DNA of 63,534 nucleotides, counting the filler, from Asterionella formosa (taxonomy: Eukaryota), in NCBI GenBank assembly GCA_002256025.1. It is 8 parts of 8 records of this genome, joined end to end, with 100 filler letters (N's around TTAATTAATTAA, not from the genome) between each part and the next. Parts side by side here need not be neighbours in the genome. Positions count along the whole stretch, not along the records: positions 38,175 to 57,154 come from NKIB01003879.1; positions 57,255 to 58,430 come from NKIB01003882.1; positions 58,531 to 59,706 come from NKIB01003883.1; positions 59,807 to 60,982 come from NKIB01003884.1; positions 61,083 to 62,258 come from NKIB01003885.1; positions 62,359 to 63,534 come from NKIB01003887.1; 2 more parts are not named here. One strand, given 5' to 3'. The position numbers and the translations under genes are program-made. Below are positions 50,539 to 62,934 of the stretch, one piece after another (position 1 is the stretch's first letter; every line of letters begins with the position of its first letter). The notes under the pieces were generated by a model, which was given only the letters and a program-made list of their open reading frames with translations, was not told where the DNA came from and ran no database searches.

Positions 50539-51360
50539 TGTTCATGCATATTGTATGAATTAAGCATGACATGTGAACAAGATGGTATGATTAGCTATAA
50601 TTACCAAGGAAGGCAGACCTACCTGGGAAGACTTGAAAAATGGCACCAGGTTAGATGACAATCTGAATGTACCTGTTAGACGAATCTAGCCACTATACTA
50701 GAACAACTGCAAGTGCCACATGGGTGGGAAAGAAGCATCTTGAATGAAAAAAATAGACACTCCCTTTGTTCAACTAGTATAGTTGCAACATACTCAGCAA
50801 CTAACCCGGATCAATCCATGCCCTTTTAAGAAGCCCTCTGTAGAAGCAATATGCATTTTCTATGCGAGACAATGCTGGCAATGGGTCTCAGTTAGATTAG
50901 CATATTTAGGCAAGTATTACACTAAATAGCAATGCGTGTGCATCATTTAGGGCGATTGAATACACATGAATATCGATAACCCTCATGTTCGTTTTGCTCA
51001 ACAAGGAGTGGTATGCAATAATTAAAATCAGCCGACTAATTATGCTATGCATAAACAAGGGTAAAAATGACTCGCTCAAAGAAAATTTAACAGCACCAAA
51101 ATCGAAGTGAAAGTTGATGGGCAAGTCTTGGGTCTCAAGGCAAACAACAACAAGAGTAGCTATACATGACATTCACAATTTCTATGAAGAAAATGTTGTG
51201 CCAGGCCGCACCATGTTTGGACTTCAGGAAGCTTTTTTGTTGAGGACTTAATTTTCAATAGGAAGGGGTGTTAGCCGAAGAATTATTGGATCTTGCGCTC
51301 CATGAGTGGCAGTGACCTAAAGTTTGGTTGCAACTGCAGTTAAAAAGAGGGATTTTTTAC

Positions 51361-51592
51361 AATTCTCAATTTTCGCATCTTCTTGTCAGTAGAATACTAC
51401 CGATATGACCAGGCCAGATTGCTTCAAGCCATAATCAGAGCATTCATGCCACCAGTACACATAGTTACCGGCAATAAAATTTGGTTGAAACTATATTTGA
51501 ACAGAGGGAGTAAAATTCTCAATTTTCGCATCTTCTAGTATGTAGACTGCTACCGATATGACCAAGCCAGATGGTTTTGAGCCATAATCGGA
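51361..51592. repeat. Direct repeat pair about 153 bp apart
   Basis: AATTCTCAATTTTCGCATCTTCT...TACCGATATGACCA.GCCAGAT...GCCATAATC occurs twice. Confidence 0.8.
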
Positions 51593-53881
51593 ATGTACAT
51601 GCCATTTCAAAATGATAATCTGTTTTATAGCCCATTCCTACTGCCCTTTTTCAAGGCAAATATTCATTGTGTTGCCTGCCAACAAGACCTGTTCTTCCCT
51701 AGTGTTGTTAGCGTAGGTGAGTCCCTAACCACTTTCATGAAAGGTGATTGTCATAGCTGCAGCGTTAGGGGAAACACTGACCGCCTAGGAAGGCGGCACA
51801 AGCTGCTTGTAGGGGGGCAAACCCACTATTTCTTCCTCACCAAGCAAGACTGTGCGGGACAGTAAGGAGTGTGGGAGTTGAACCTTCATACATGCAACCA
51901 GGTAGTTATCATAGTTACGCACCCCCAGTGCATGATAGAGTTAAATTTTCCTGTTGGCCTCTGCTATGTGTCTACTTGGTCATTATAATACTGGCACGGT
52001 ATTGATCTGAAAATACAACTGGATGGGGCCATGTTACAACAGTATGTAAATATTCGAAAAATTAAATCCGGTTTCACTGCTGGTTTTTTCTTGTTGTTGG
52101 TTTAATTAAACCAAATCTGTACGCACGATCATCGTTGGAATATACACTGTACGAGTACTACATATTAGCAATTACACTGTACTGGTACAACCTGTTACCT
52201 GGTACCGGTCGTACACAAAAATTAGGCCCCATCATCCTCATTCATGTACCATTGGTACCTGGTACGCGGTACTCGGTATGCAGCAGCGGTAGACTACTTT
52301 GTACCTGCAGGTAACGAGAGGAAGGAGTGAGTGATGGGACACCAACAGCAGTCGAAGGAGGGAAGTCTGAGCTGCCAGTTAGTTTTTGGAACTATATACT
52401 TGGGATGCACTCCCAGCAGATCGAGATGCAATGTCGCCTAGTTTTGAAACTAAGGTGGATGACATCAGCCAGTTGACTTTCGTCTTGAAGCCGGTTTGAT
52501 TCCTGACTACTAGTATTATTGGTGGTAACAGGACTGACAAGTATGCAGAATGATGATTGAGAGTCCAGAAATGCCTCAAATTTGGTGTTTGAAGAAGATT
52601 TCAACAATTAACTAGTTGATGAAGCAACAGAAATGATGCAGGATGTGTGTCAAAGAGGTAGGAGGGAGGAAACAATTCTGTCAGTATTGTAGCTAGTCTT
52701 TCAATACACTAAAGACTTTTTGTTTTTTGGTAGGAATGCAAAAAGTTGGAATTAGGTGTGTAAGGTGGCAAAAATGTTACAAGGGTTGAGCAAGATAGAG
52801 TAAGAAAGGTGGAGTATTGTTGCTTGGCAAGGCATTGGTGGTGTGTGGAATATGATGATTGCCCTACTTGGAGCTGCGTTCTTTTCACTGCCACAATGCA
52901 AATTGACAAAATCTAGGAGGTACATATTCCAGATAGAACAGTGGCACAGATTAGATTGCCAATCAATTGATATCTGCTGATCATCACACTGGTGGTCATA
53001 CACAGCTAGCAGCTAGCTAGTATGTTTTAGGTTGTTATTACTCAGATGCATGAATTCATACTACTGTAGTAACATTATTTTTCTCACTATTTTTCATTAG
53101 CTCTATACATTGATTGTTTTCACTTCGTTTCGGATATATGTACAGTATACATATACATACCAACCAGTAATTGACTTGGTCCTCTATTTACTGTAATATA
53201 GTGCAAAAGTATATGTACTCGTGGTGACTCCATATGAACTACTCCAAATACATACAACGGTCTATTCCCGCATACACGTACCCTGGTACCAGGTACCAGT
53301 CGATAGGAGCAATTGTACTTGGTAGTCTACCAGGGACCTGGTACCAGAACCGGTATTGTCGCTGCTTTGTGCACTGTACTGGAGTACTAACTAGTAAACT
53401 GCTAGTACTAGCTTCCACTACGGGTTTAACTGGGAGTTTAATTTTTACGACTACCGGTACGTTCCCGGTATAACACATCACTATCTTTCTCAAAAATATA
53501 GCCAGAAGTATTACTGCAGTACAATAATATCTCTGACCTACCGTTGGTTTTTAGTGCTACCAGCCAAGCGAGAACAACCAGAGTTCCCTTCAAGAACAAA
53601 TGCCCGCCACTACCGGTACCCTGGAACATACTTCGGGAACTTGGATATGCTATTGGCACAGTCATCAAGCAATGTGATGACGTCAACCTTCATTTCTTCC
53701 GCTCCTATTAGCTACTTATGCACACACAGTTATACATGGACCTATCACTACATGCTCCAAGAATACTAACTTAGTACCGGTAGACTTCCGCGCCTTGACC
53801 CCGTCTCGGTGTCATATATTTCTTCTCACAATCGGAGCTCTGCATTTCTCACATCTGTAGAATCTTATAATCTTTCAAAAG

Positions 53882-55800
53882 ATGGGTGCCTTCAAGTCTC
53901 TGGCTCTCAAGCAATTCATGCTGTTAGCTGCAGCTAATCATCTGCTGATAAATGCCTTTGCTCCTGCCTTCTTTGGCATCCCTAGACCAATTAATTTGTA
54001 TGTATCGTCCTCAATTGAGGATGATGTCTCAATTCGAACGGGCAAACCGACTGGAACATCATTCCTACCCGCAGAGACTGTTGAACGATGCGAAACAGGT
54101 TCTCCTATCGAGAAGATAAAGCTTGCCAAAGATGGGACTTCTGCCTTCGTTGATGTCTATGAATATGCACGAAAAATTCGAGAGGGAGAAATGAGCTGGG
54201 AAGATGTTGAGGCAGCTGATCTTGATACTGTAAGTCTTGTCTTGATGATTGACAAGTCGAAGGAATATATTGTGACTTTTACTACTACCTTATATTTTAA
54301 TGGCTCATTTAAATGCATCTCTCCACATGATAGCGACTGAAATATGTCGGCATGCTCCATCGGAACAAGCGGACTCCTGGCCAATTCATGATGCGCCTGA
54401 AGGTACCTAATGGGATAGTCAACGCTGATCAGATGCGTTTCTATGCTACATGTGTGGAGAAGTACGGGGAGGAGGGTGGCGTCATTGATATAACCACCAG
54501 AGCGAACATTCAGCTTCGCGGAGTCAAGATTGAGGATGCACCTGATATCATCGATGGACTACACGCTCGCAACCAAACGACACTCCAATCTGCGTTGGAC
54601 AACGTTCGTAACATGGTCGGTTCTCCTCTTGCTGGTATTGATGACCAAGAAATGGTTGATACTCGTGAGCTCTGTAATGCACTCAACGATTTGGTATCGT
54701 TGGATCCGGTTACCGGAACCCGAGGTGCGCCTGCATGGGGAAACCTTCCTCGTAAGTTTAATATAGCAATCTCTGGATCTCGTGATGACTTCGCCCACAC
54801 CCACATCAACGATATTGGTCTCCAACCAACGCCTCACGCGGAAACTGGGGTTATGGGCTTTAATCTGGTACTAGGAGGCTACATGTCTATCAAGCGCGTA
54901 GCCCATTCCATTGATTCCGACATTTGGATACCCGCCGATCGTGAGTCTGTGGTGACCTTATGCGAAGCTATTCTCCGTATTTTCCGCGACGAAAGCGATC
55001 GAAAAGACCGCCAGAAAGCTCGTCTCATGTGGTTAGTTGAAAAGTATGGCGTCGAAGGGTTCCGAGCTGCGGTTGTGAACGAGATCAGCTCGTATGAACG
55101 TGGAGTGACTGTGGACAAGGCCCAGCCTGCTCCCACTGGCGCTTTTGATCGTCGTGAGCTTGGAGGTGTTCACAAGCAGCCACAAGAAGGCAAGGTTCGA
55201 GTTGGTATTTTGGTTCCTTCTGGACGCCTCAGCCAGGCGGAGTGCCGACAGTTAGCAGATCTTGCCGACAAGTACTCTGGAGGTGAGATTCGCTTGACTG
55301 TGGAGCAAAACATCATTCTCCCCAATGTTGATGAATCCATTGTGGCTCAGCTCATCGCTGAGCCTTCACTGACTGGTACCCGCCTGAAAGTCAATGCTGG
55401 ATTCATTGAAGGTAACGTCGTTAGTTGCACAGGTGCTCAATTTTGCGGACTGGCTTTGATTGAAACAAAATCCCATGCTGAAAGCTTCGCTCACAAACTG
55501 GAAGCTTTGGTCAGTGTCGACAAGCCTATTCGAATTCACTGGACTGGCTGTCCGAACTCATGCGGGCAAGTCCAAGTGGCTGATATTGGTATCATGGGAG
55601 CTCCCGCGAAGAAGATGGATCCGGAAACTGGCAAAATGAAGGCAGTTCCTGGATGCAAAATATTTGTTGGTGGAAAGATTGGCGAGGAGTCTCACCTTTC
55701 CTTGGAGCCTTTTCTATCGGGAATCCCTCTTGACGACGAGGACCTACTTCCAGTCCTCGTAGATATTTTGAAGTCTCAATTTGGTGCTGTAGATAAATGA
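53882..55800 (+). CDS. nirA: Plastid ferredoxin-nitrite reductase, exons 53882-54229 and 54334-55800
   Basis: Bipartite presequence (…INA-FAP). RLKYVGMLHR, DITTRANIQLR, NLPRKFNIA and RQKARLMWL motifs; siroheme/4Fe-4S ligands CTGAQFC and GCPNSC. Phase-0 intron GTAAG...TAG. Confidence 0.95.
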
Positions 55801-56078
55801 TTAGTTTTATGGGATATAATAGGTCATCGGCTTTCATCTGTTGATAGCTGGATATTTCGTTCTTATCCTATGTTTTTGCTTCTTGTACCCTCTGTTTTCC
55901 GTTTTTATAATTACTCACGGAGGTTGAAATTTGACTCAGACGAAAAATCCGACGACGAAAAACGTTTCATTTACTTTTAGAAATCATTCTCTCCCTTCTT
56001 AACGGCCATATTTCCCTAACTAGTTTACCCGTACTCTCCCTGGTTATAAAAATTGCACATTGACTTAGTTTGGCTTCT

Positions 56079-56558
56079 TTACGCATTAGGTACGTTTTTC
56101 TTGGCTTCGGCCTTGACCCTTCTACGGTATTCTGCTTTGTTGTTCATAAACAGCTGGTACGCCTCCGATTGAGCTGGACTACTGGGATTCGGATCATCCA
56201 AGAGATCTTGGATTCCAATCAAAACCTGTTTGAGCGTAATCGCTGGCCTCCAGCCCTCTTCTTCGTTGAGAATACTGAGACAAATGGTTCCAGAGGGGTA
56301 AACATTCGGATGAAAGAGGGGCGGAACAAACTTGCACTTGGGAGGCTTGGAAGGGTATTCCTCACTAAATTCCATGGTAACCTTGTATACCCCTCCTTCC
56401 CAGTCCGTTCCTGCCTTGCCTGGGATACCAGCTTCCCAGGCCATAATGTCCGAGGAACCATCGCCCTTGCTTCGTGGACGGGCGTAGAAGCCGACTGGAT
56501 GATCACGTCGCCACGCTTTGCGCTCTTCCTTGAGACGACCAGTTGATATTCCGGACAT
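56079..56558 (-). CDS. UBC9: SUMO-conjugating enzyme E2
   Basis: [44 protein letters not shown] and WRPAITLKQ; 159 aa from ATG 56558. Confidence 0.96.
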   Translation of the reverse strand: MSGISTGRLKEERKAWRRDHPVGFYARPRSKGDGSSDIMAWEAGIPGKAGTDWEGGVYKVTMEFSEEYPSKPPKCKFVPPLFHPNVYPSGTICLSILNEEEGWRPAITLKQVLIGIQDLLDDPNPSSPAQSEAYQLFMNNKAEYRRRVKAEAKKNVPNA

Positions 56559-57254
56559 GATGAGTGAGATTATTATAACGAGAGCAATTGGTAGCGATCG
56601 AAGAGATACTTGCGCAGGAGGACGGAAGAGACAAGTCGAATACAGGAAACACAATTAATTGAATAACTACTTGTACTATGACAGTACGACATGTACCGGT
56701 ATGTGTTTTCAGTTGCTTGCTTATGATTTATAATGACAAGTCTCTCTGCTCCGATACTGCCAGCAGGCAGGCAAAGTTTATTGCGTACAGCATGGTCAAA
56801 GCAATGGTATCATACATGATGACATATCCATGTATGAATACTCAAATAAACAGAGGTGAGCTGTGTCTATCGGTACAGACCCATCTGACCCACCGGCCCA
56901 CCGTACCTGGTACCAGGTACCTGGTACCTGTTATTACCGGGTACATACCGGTACATGATTACCAAGTAATAGTATCATGTTACCAGGTACTGGTGTATCG
57001 GTACCGGATAATACCTGGTACTTGCTACTGTTAATATCTGCATATGATGCTCCATACATGCGCCGTACGAACCATACCGGCGCAGCCACCAGATTAGGTA
57101 CATGCGTGAGTGCTGACAACGATGTACTTGGAACAGCAATAGAATAGTCATAATNNNNNNNNNNNNNNNNNNNNNNNNNNNNNNNNNNNNNNNNNNNNTT
57201 AATTAATTAANNNNNNNNNNNNNNNNNNNNNNNNNNNNNNNNNNNNNNNNNNNN

Positions 57255-57876
57255 CTCTGATCTGCCAGCTGTGCTGGTCTAAGAATGTGAAAGAGGAGAG
57301 AGAGGCACCCAAACAAATTCTCCTTGGAGCCATATCGCCGCTCTATTGTGTTCTTCTTTCCATGTCGATCCATCTTGAGACAGAATCAATGGACAGAGGC
57401 GCATCCCCTGAAAATCCCTGGGTCTTCCCTCTTGAAACCAACAATCCAATAGCTGCGAAAAAGAGGGCATATGAGATCCTGAAGGAGGAATGGAACAATG
57501 GTGTGTTCCAGAGATTAAATAGTGGTCCGATTGGAACACACAGTCTACGAAAGTATTCATCGACATGTTCACGACGATGCGGCTGCTTGCGAGACGATAT
57601 TGACTTCAGAGGGCGCTGGAAACAAACAAAGAAACAAATTGATACTTACATTGATGTGGAGCTTCCTTATCCTGATGCAAAGGTTGCAGCTTCTCTTTGC
57701 ATTGGAGGACCATGTAAGTATGTCCTTGTTGAGAATTGCGGACTCTTGGATGAGTGGCTTCTGGAATATGTTGTTCCAAATATTTCCCTACAGTATCCAC
57801 GGGCTGTAGCATTGACGTTGGCCCGCCCACTTTTGTGGGCTTCTTTTGAGTCAACCCTGCAAGAGTACCTACCACC
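57255..57876 (+). mobile_element. Crypton-like tyrosine recombinase C-terminal fragment, interrupted by an LTR
   Basis: GTHSLRK (HxxR), RGRWK and DTYID (catalytic Tyr) followed by LPYPDAKVAASLC. The frame runs into the LTR at 57877. Confidence 0.8.
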
Positions 57877-58430
57877 TGTTGGAAAAATTCGAGCTGACTG
57901 CCACAGGACAGGCGTGAAGGGTATAGTAGACACGAGAGAGTACAGTACTACAGTTAAAACCGTACAGCCGCTAACAAGAGTTACCTGGGCTGACGTGGTA
58001 AAAGGCACCACACAAGGAAAAGCAATCAGAGGTCAAGAAAATATGTTAAAGTGCAGTGTGAGTAATAAGAGTGTTTCGAGACCATTATCTCGAAACAATC
58101 CAGTTAGTAAAGTTTAAGTTTGACAACTTCCTCGTTGCTATCAATTTCATCAACTGTATTCGATTAACACAGTACTAGGTTCAAGGCCTACGATACGGTC
58201 GAATACGGTAGTTGTTACAACATTGTTTCGAGATAAAAATAAAACAAAAGGAACAGCCATTCACATGGAAGGCTGGAGTTTCAACATTTTAATCTAATCA
58301 AGTTTTTTGAACACTTTATAGATTCGAGTAGCGCAGCTGAAGGCCGCAGCCACCAATCAAGGAACCAACGAACCCCATGAGCGCCACCCCAGACGCAACG
58401 ACAAGCGGCAGCTTAGCGAGTGGACGCGGC
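57877..58430 (+). mobile_element. 5' LTR (57877-58222) plus leader and probable gag start of an LTR retrotransposon
   Basis: TGTTG...CAACA termini, abrupt insertion into the recombinase ORF, and a downstream ATG MSATPDATT before the gap. Confidence 0.7.
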
Positions 58431-59389
58431 NNNNNNNNNNNNNNNNNNNNNNNNNNNNNNNNNNNNNNNNNNNNTTAATTAATTAANNNNNNNNNNNNNN
58501 NNNNNNNNNNNNNNNNNNNNNNNNNNNNNNATGTGCCTATTATCTAGGTCTGACTTGTCAGCACAATCAGTGTGTACTACAGATATATAGAATCATATTG
58601 ATGTGCACAGTCCTTCTTCATGACTGTTAAAATCATTGAAACTTACTTGCCCATCATATCGCTTTTAGGAAAAATGATAGATGGATTTTTGAGAATGTAG
58701 GATGCTACGCAAAATTGAGGGGGAATGCTGAATGTAATTAATATTCAACTTTTTGGCTCACTTTTGGCTCACACATTGTAGTATCATTCCCTGTTCTACC
58801 AGCAGAATCAGTTGCATAGAAGGTTTTTACTACTACACATGATATACTTGATCTTGTTTTGGTTATTTCGGTTGCAATGCTTAGAATAAAAGCCGTTCAA
58901 TGGCTGGAATATAAAGGAATTGGATTGAATGGTAGAAAGAAAAAACGTGTGCGCAAATGAATCAATCATAAAATACAGATTCCTAGTTAGCATAATTATC
59001 ATCATTTCATTTGAGTTATCATAGCAATTGATCTATACATTTAATCAATGTATAATAGAGGCGGTTCACGTATTGATTCAACATAAAAAACTATTTGATA
59101 CCATGAAAATATGCACTTTACATCAATCATAAATACATTTTTGCTTAAACATGCAAAAAGTTATTGATCAATAACTTTGCTTTATCAATAACTTTTATGT
59201 ATGATTTAAAAAAATCGTTATACTGCGATAATTTTGGGGCAGTCGATAATAGAGCAAAAGTGGCCAACCCTTTTTTTCATTCACAGGTGCAGTCATCCGA
59301 TAACGTGAATGCTGGTATGCGAAATAACCCCTGTAAATCGAAAAATAAAAATATATTTGTGCTACTGTATATTTTGTCAAGAAATCGGA

Positions 59390-59607
59390 TGCATAATGTA
59401 TCAGATGTACTTACATTTTCGACATGGAACACATCATACATGCAACAAAAACCTTGTATATACACTGTACATTCTGTATATAGCATTACAGATCACCGGT
59501 ATATATGTTTGGCATACATACTACTGGGTATGTAACTGGGTATGTACTACCTGTACTTGCATTTGTGTTTGTACGCTGCCTGTCTGTGGTATGGGGTCAA
59601 TGAGACT
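59390..59607. repeat. Third partial copy of the 26840/33090 dispersed repeat
   Basis: CGGATGCATAATG...TACATTTTCGACATG...TTGGCATACATACTACTGGG...GGTATGGGGTCA.TGAGAC is shared. Confidence 0.8.
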
Positions 59608-59806
59608 TTCCTTTGCGCCATCCTTGACTTTTCTGATATGGTGGATTGTCGCTCTGGTCTTGTTTATGACCATATTGTGCCCGATGGTGCTTCCCTCAGT
59701 GCCCTCNNNNNNNNNNNNNNNNNNNNNNNNNNNNNNNNNNNNNNNNNNNNTTAATTAATTAANNNNNNNNNNNNNNNNNNNNNNNNNNNNNNNNNNNNNN
59801 NNNNNN

Positions 59807-60982
59807 ACGACGTCCGGGTCCACATGCGAAATCTTGTTGTCGTCTACATACCACGCAATCGTGCACTGCTTCCCGTTGATTGTGCAGTTAGCAATGCAAG
59901 AGTCGTAAGGGTTTAACACAAAACCCATCTCTTTTAGGGTGTTGTGGAATAAATCATACCATAGTAGGGCAGATTTGACGCACCCATAAATCGCTTTCAC
60001 TAGCCTGACGTACAACACTTTGTTTCCTTTCTCGTTGGACACAAAATTCGTGTGCTCTGGATTCATGTTGCATAATATATCGACTGATTCACCAGTGAAT
60101 TTCATAACAACGAAATCATCCATATCTGCTTTCAAATACGCACCCGCCACATCTGCTGTGGCGACATCTCTTCCTTCATGTGCATCAATCATGATGGACA
60201 ACATGAGTGCATCGGTGGATACTGTTGGAGATGCCGTCTGCGACTTGTCATAAAGTGATCGCTGCGGTCTCCCGTCGGCTACTGTACGCCCCTTGAGGCG
60301 CCCGTCTCTCTTCTCTTTGATGAGATTGATGGCTCGGAGCGCTCCCGTCCTCTGTTCCCTGGTAAGGGAGTTCGCGCTTACGGGTTCGTACACATCCAGC
60401 TCCTCTAGTTGTGCAAATTCTCTCATCAGGGCGGCCTCCGCCGCTTTCCCGTGTTTCTTTATTCCCGCCTTCGCGGTCATCTGGTTCATTACATACCCAA
60501 AAATATGTTTACTTGTGTTGTCGTCTGCGTATGGCATCGTTGTTCGAAATCCGCGTTGTACGAACTGTCTTGGTGGAAAGTATGACTTGTTGCTATGCGG
60601 TGCATCAATGGCCTGCTTGAACTGTTCACTTGTGGCTACCCGGCGTTGTCGGGGATTATGTGGTCTGTGTTCCCCTGCCAACGCTCCTTGATCTGCCACC
60701 TCGTAGTCGTTGTCAGAACCCGCTTCTTGATTGGCTTCTTCAATGGTCGCTGTCTCTTCCATAGACGCTCCTTGTTCCAAGTGCGCTCCTTGGTTTTCGT
60801 TGTTGTGTTCATGTTGTATGTAGTCATCGTAGACAAGCGTGACGTCATCAACGTCGATCGTGTTTGGGTCTCCTGGGTCCGGGTCGACTGGATTTGGCTC
60901 GACTAGCGGTGCATCGTCCAAAACCGTAGGGTGTGGCCCATCATGGAGCAGATCGGCAACTTCGTGATCATCGATGGCATCA
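59807..60982 (-). mobile_element. Ty1/Copia (CoDi-like) reverse transcriptase fragment
   Basis: KEKRDGRLKGRTVADG, SPTV, ADVAGAYL, KAIYGCVKSALLWY, NPYDSC and WYVDD. Open across the whole contig between gaps. Confidence 0.93.
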
Positions 60983-61083
60983 NNNNNNNNNNNNNNNNNN
61001 NNNNNNNNNNNNNNNNNNNNNNNNNNTTAATTAATTAANNNNNNNNNNNNNNNNNNNNNNNNNNNNNNNNNNNNNNNNNNNNG

Positions 61084-62258
61084 ATGGTTCCTCCACCTGA
61101 AATGAAAATACCTCCAACTGCTGACACACTCGACATTGACGAGATGGATCCATCCGAAAATGTCGTACCTGCAACTACTACTGGTACACTTCTTGACATT
61201 AACGAGATTCTTGGTCCCCCTGAAAAGAGGAAACCCTTTCCCGGTTGGCTAGCCAATATTGATGAGTTCGTCAACTCGCTCATAGTACCAGATGACTTTA
61301 TTCTGGATGAAAGTGGGCTGGGATTGATTCATATAAAAGGAATCGACATAAAACATATATCTGTCAAGGTACTTCGAAAAATTTGCGTGAGATTTAAAGT
61401 GTCAGGGTACAGGAATGGCAAGAAGGACTCCACTATTTCCTTAATTGTCCGTTTACTGAAAAGAGACTGGCTGGTTGGTCAAGTATACCCCCCCACTCCT
61501 ATGATCACTTATAATGAAGTGATTGGCATCCACAACAACAACAGGAACAATGATGAATCTATTATTGAAGATGAAGAAAAGAGTTGTGGCAATGTTGATA
61601 TGGACTCTGATTGTTCACAGAAAGGGAAGAATGATGAAGCAGAAAAAGACCCTGACTATGTTCTTAATTCGCAAAATAGCAGTGATGACGATGACAAAAC
61701 ATTGACTCTTCCTCCTCCTGTTGCAAAGAAGGCAACAAAAAAGAAAATGGCTACAGTAGCAAAATCAACTCCTCCAAGCAGTGTTACATGTGCTAACACA
61801 TATTTTCGTGTCATCAATGTGTACATGTGTGAGCAACACAGAAGTGATGTGTTGATGCTTGGTCAGCCTCCAACTATGGCTGAACTGGATGTAAGGAAAT
61901 TCAGGCACAAATACATTTTCGATAGACTCATAACTACATTCCTTGATGAAGAAGATGATGACAGCAATAATCTTGCATTTTCACAAGATCCTTATTGGGA
62001 ACAAATGGGAATAGACAGTTGTTACCCAAAGACGTATGACGCTCTGTCCTCTGTCGAATTTTCTATGGCAATGGGGTACATTAACTATCATTACCAAATT
62101 GCATACAGGAACAACAAAAAGTCAGGAAGTCATGATGACTTTGTTAATTTTGTTGGAAGCCGACCTTATATACATTACTACCATTTATGGTTGTGCCAAG
62201 TTCCTCACCTTCTCAATTTCGCTGTTCCATTGCTTCCAAAATCATCATTCCGTGAAAG
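61084..62258 (+). CDS. Partial hypothetical protein, probably transposon accessory ORF
   Basis: Open across the whole 1.2-kb contig. Basic helix VLRKICVRFKVSGYRNGKK, acidic linker, and YFRVINV and KKSGSHDDFVNF motifs reminiscent of stramenopile transposon-associated proteins. Confidence 0.5.
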
Positions 62259-62409
62259 NNNNNNNNNNNNNNNNNNNNNNNNNNNNNNNNNNNNNNNNNN
62301 NNTTAATTAATTAANNNNNNNNNNNNNNNNNNNNNNNNNNNNNNNNNNNNNNNNNNNNGGTGGTACCATTGGACTTAGGAAACAGCGAGGAAGGTTGTAT
62401 CCCGCCGTA

Positions 62410-62637
62410 TCAAATGGTTTCGAATAAAAGGAGTTGGAACGAAGAGATGAGACAAGAACTGACCTGACACTTCTGTCCGACTTGGTTGATGGATGTCTCC
62501 CGCCTATTTGTGACTTCCTGCGCAACAAAACAAAACTTGCCACAACGACGAATCAAACGGGTTTCGAATATGAGGAGTGGTTGGAACGAAGAGACTTGTC
62601 ATAAACATGACACTTCTGTCCGACTCGGTCGATGGAG
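62410..62637. repeat. Imperfect tandem duplication (about 142-bp period)
   Basis: GGTTTCGAATA..GGAG..TTGGAACGAAGAGA...TGACACTTCTGTCCGACT.GGT.GATGGA occurs twice. Confidence 0.75.
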
Positions 62638-62712
62638 CAAAAGAAACGACACCATTTTGTTAGTAACTATTTATGAGTAAATAAAAATTCTTACTTCCAT
62701 CTTTCCCCATAG

Positions 62713-62934
62713 GAATCAAGCAAAAACGAAACTAGTCCTGACAAGGAATACTGTGTTGTCGATCCGGAAAGTGGGGAACTCATTCGTCTCACAGTAGCCG
62801 AAAAGGAGCGTATCTTTCTGGACGCGCTTCAGTCCTATGATGCAGCTGGAAGGCAAATGCTCAAGGATGACGAATTTTACCTATTGAAGGAAGATTTGCA
62901 ATGGAAGAACGGATCTGAGCATATATATAGCTAA
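62713..62934 (+). pseudogene. PGRL1: Truncated PGRL1 (PGR5-like 1) gene fragment
   Basis: After a CCCCATAG acceptor: EYCVVDPESGELIRLTVAEKERIFLDALQSY...MLKDDEFYLLKEDLQWKNGS, then a stop. The TM helices and C-terminal Cys region are missing. Confidence 0.8.

Noticed and set aside
50000..53000. Possible further LINE/hAT remnants
   Set aside because: Only faint motif echoes across many stops; cannot be supported by eye.
53882..56558. nirA-UBC9 adjacency as a functional cluster
   Set aside because: No other nitrate-assimilation genes are nearby; a convergent neighbourhood is unremarkable in compact algal genomes.
57877..58117. C-terminal 80 aa of the 276-aa ORF 57287-58117
   Set aside because: Read-through into the inserted LTR, not part of the recombinase.
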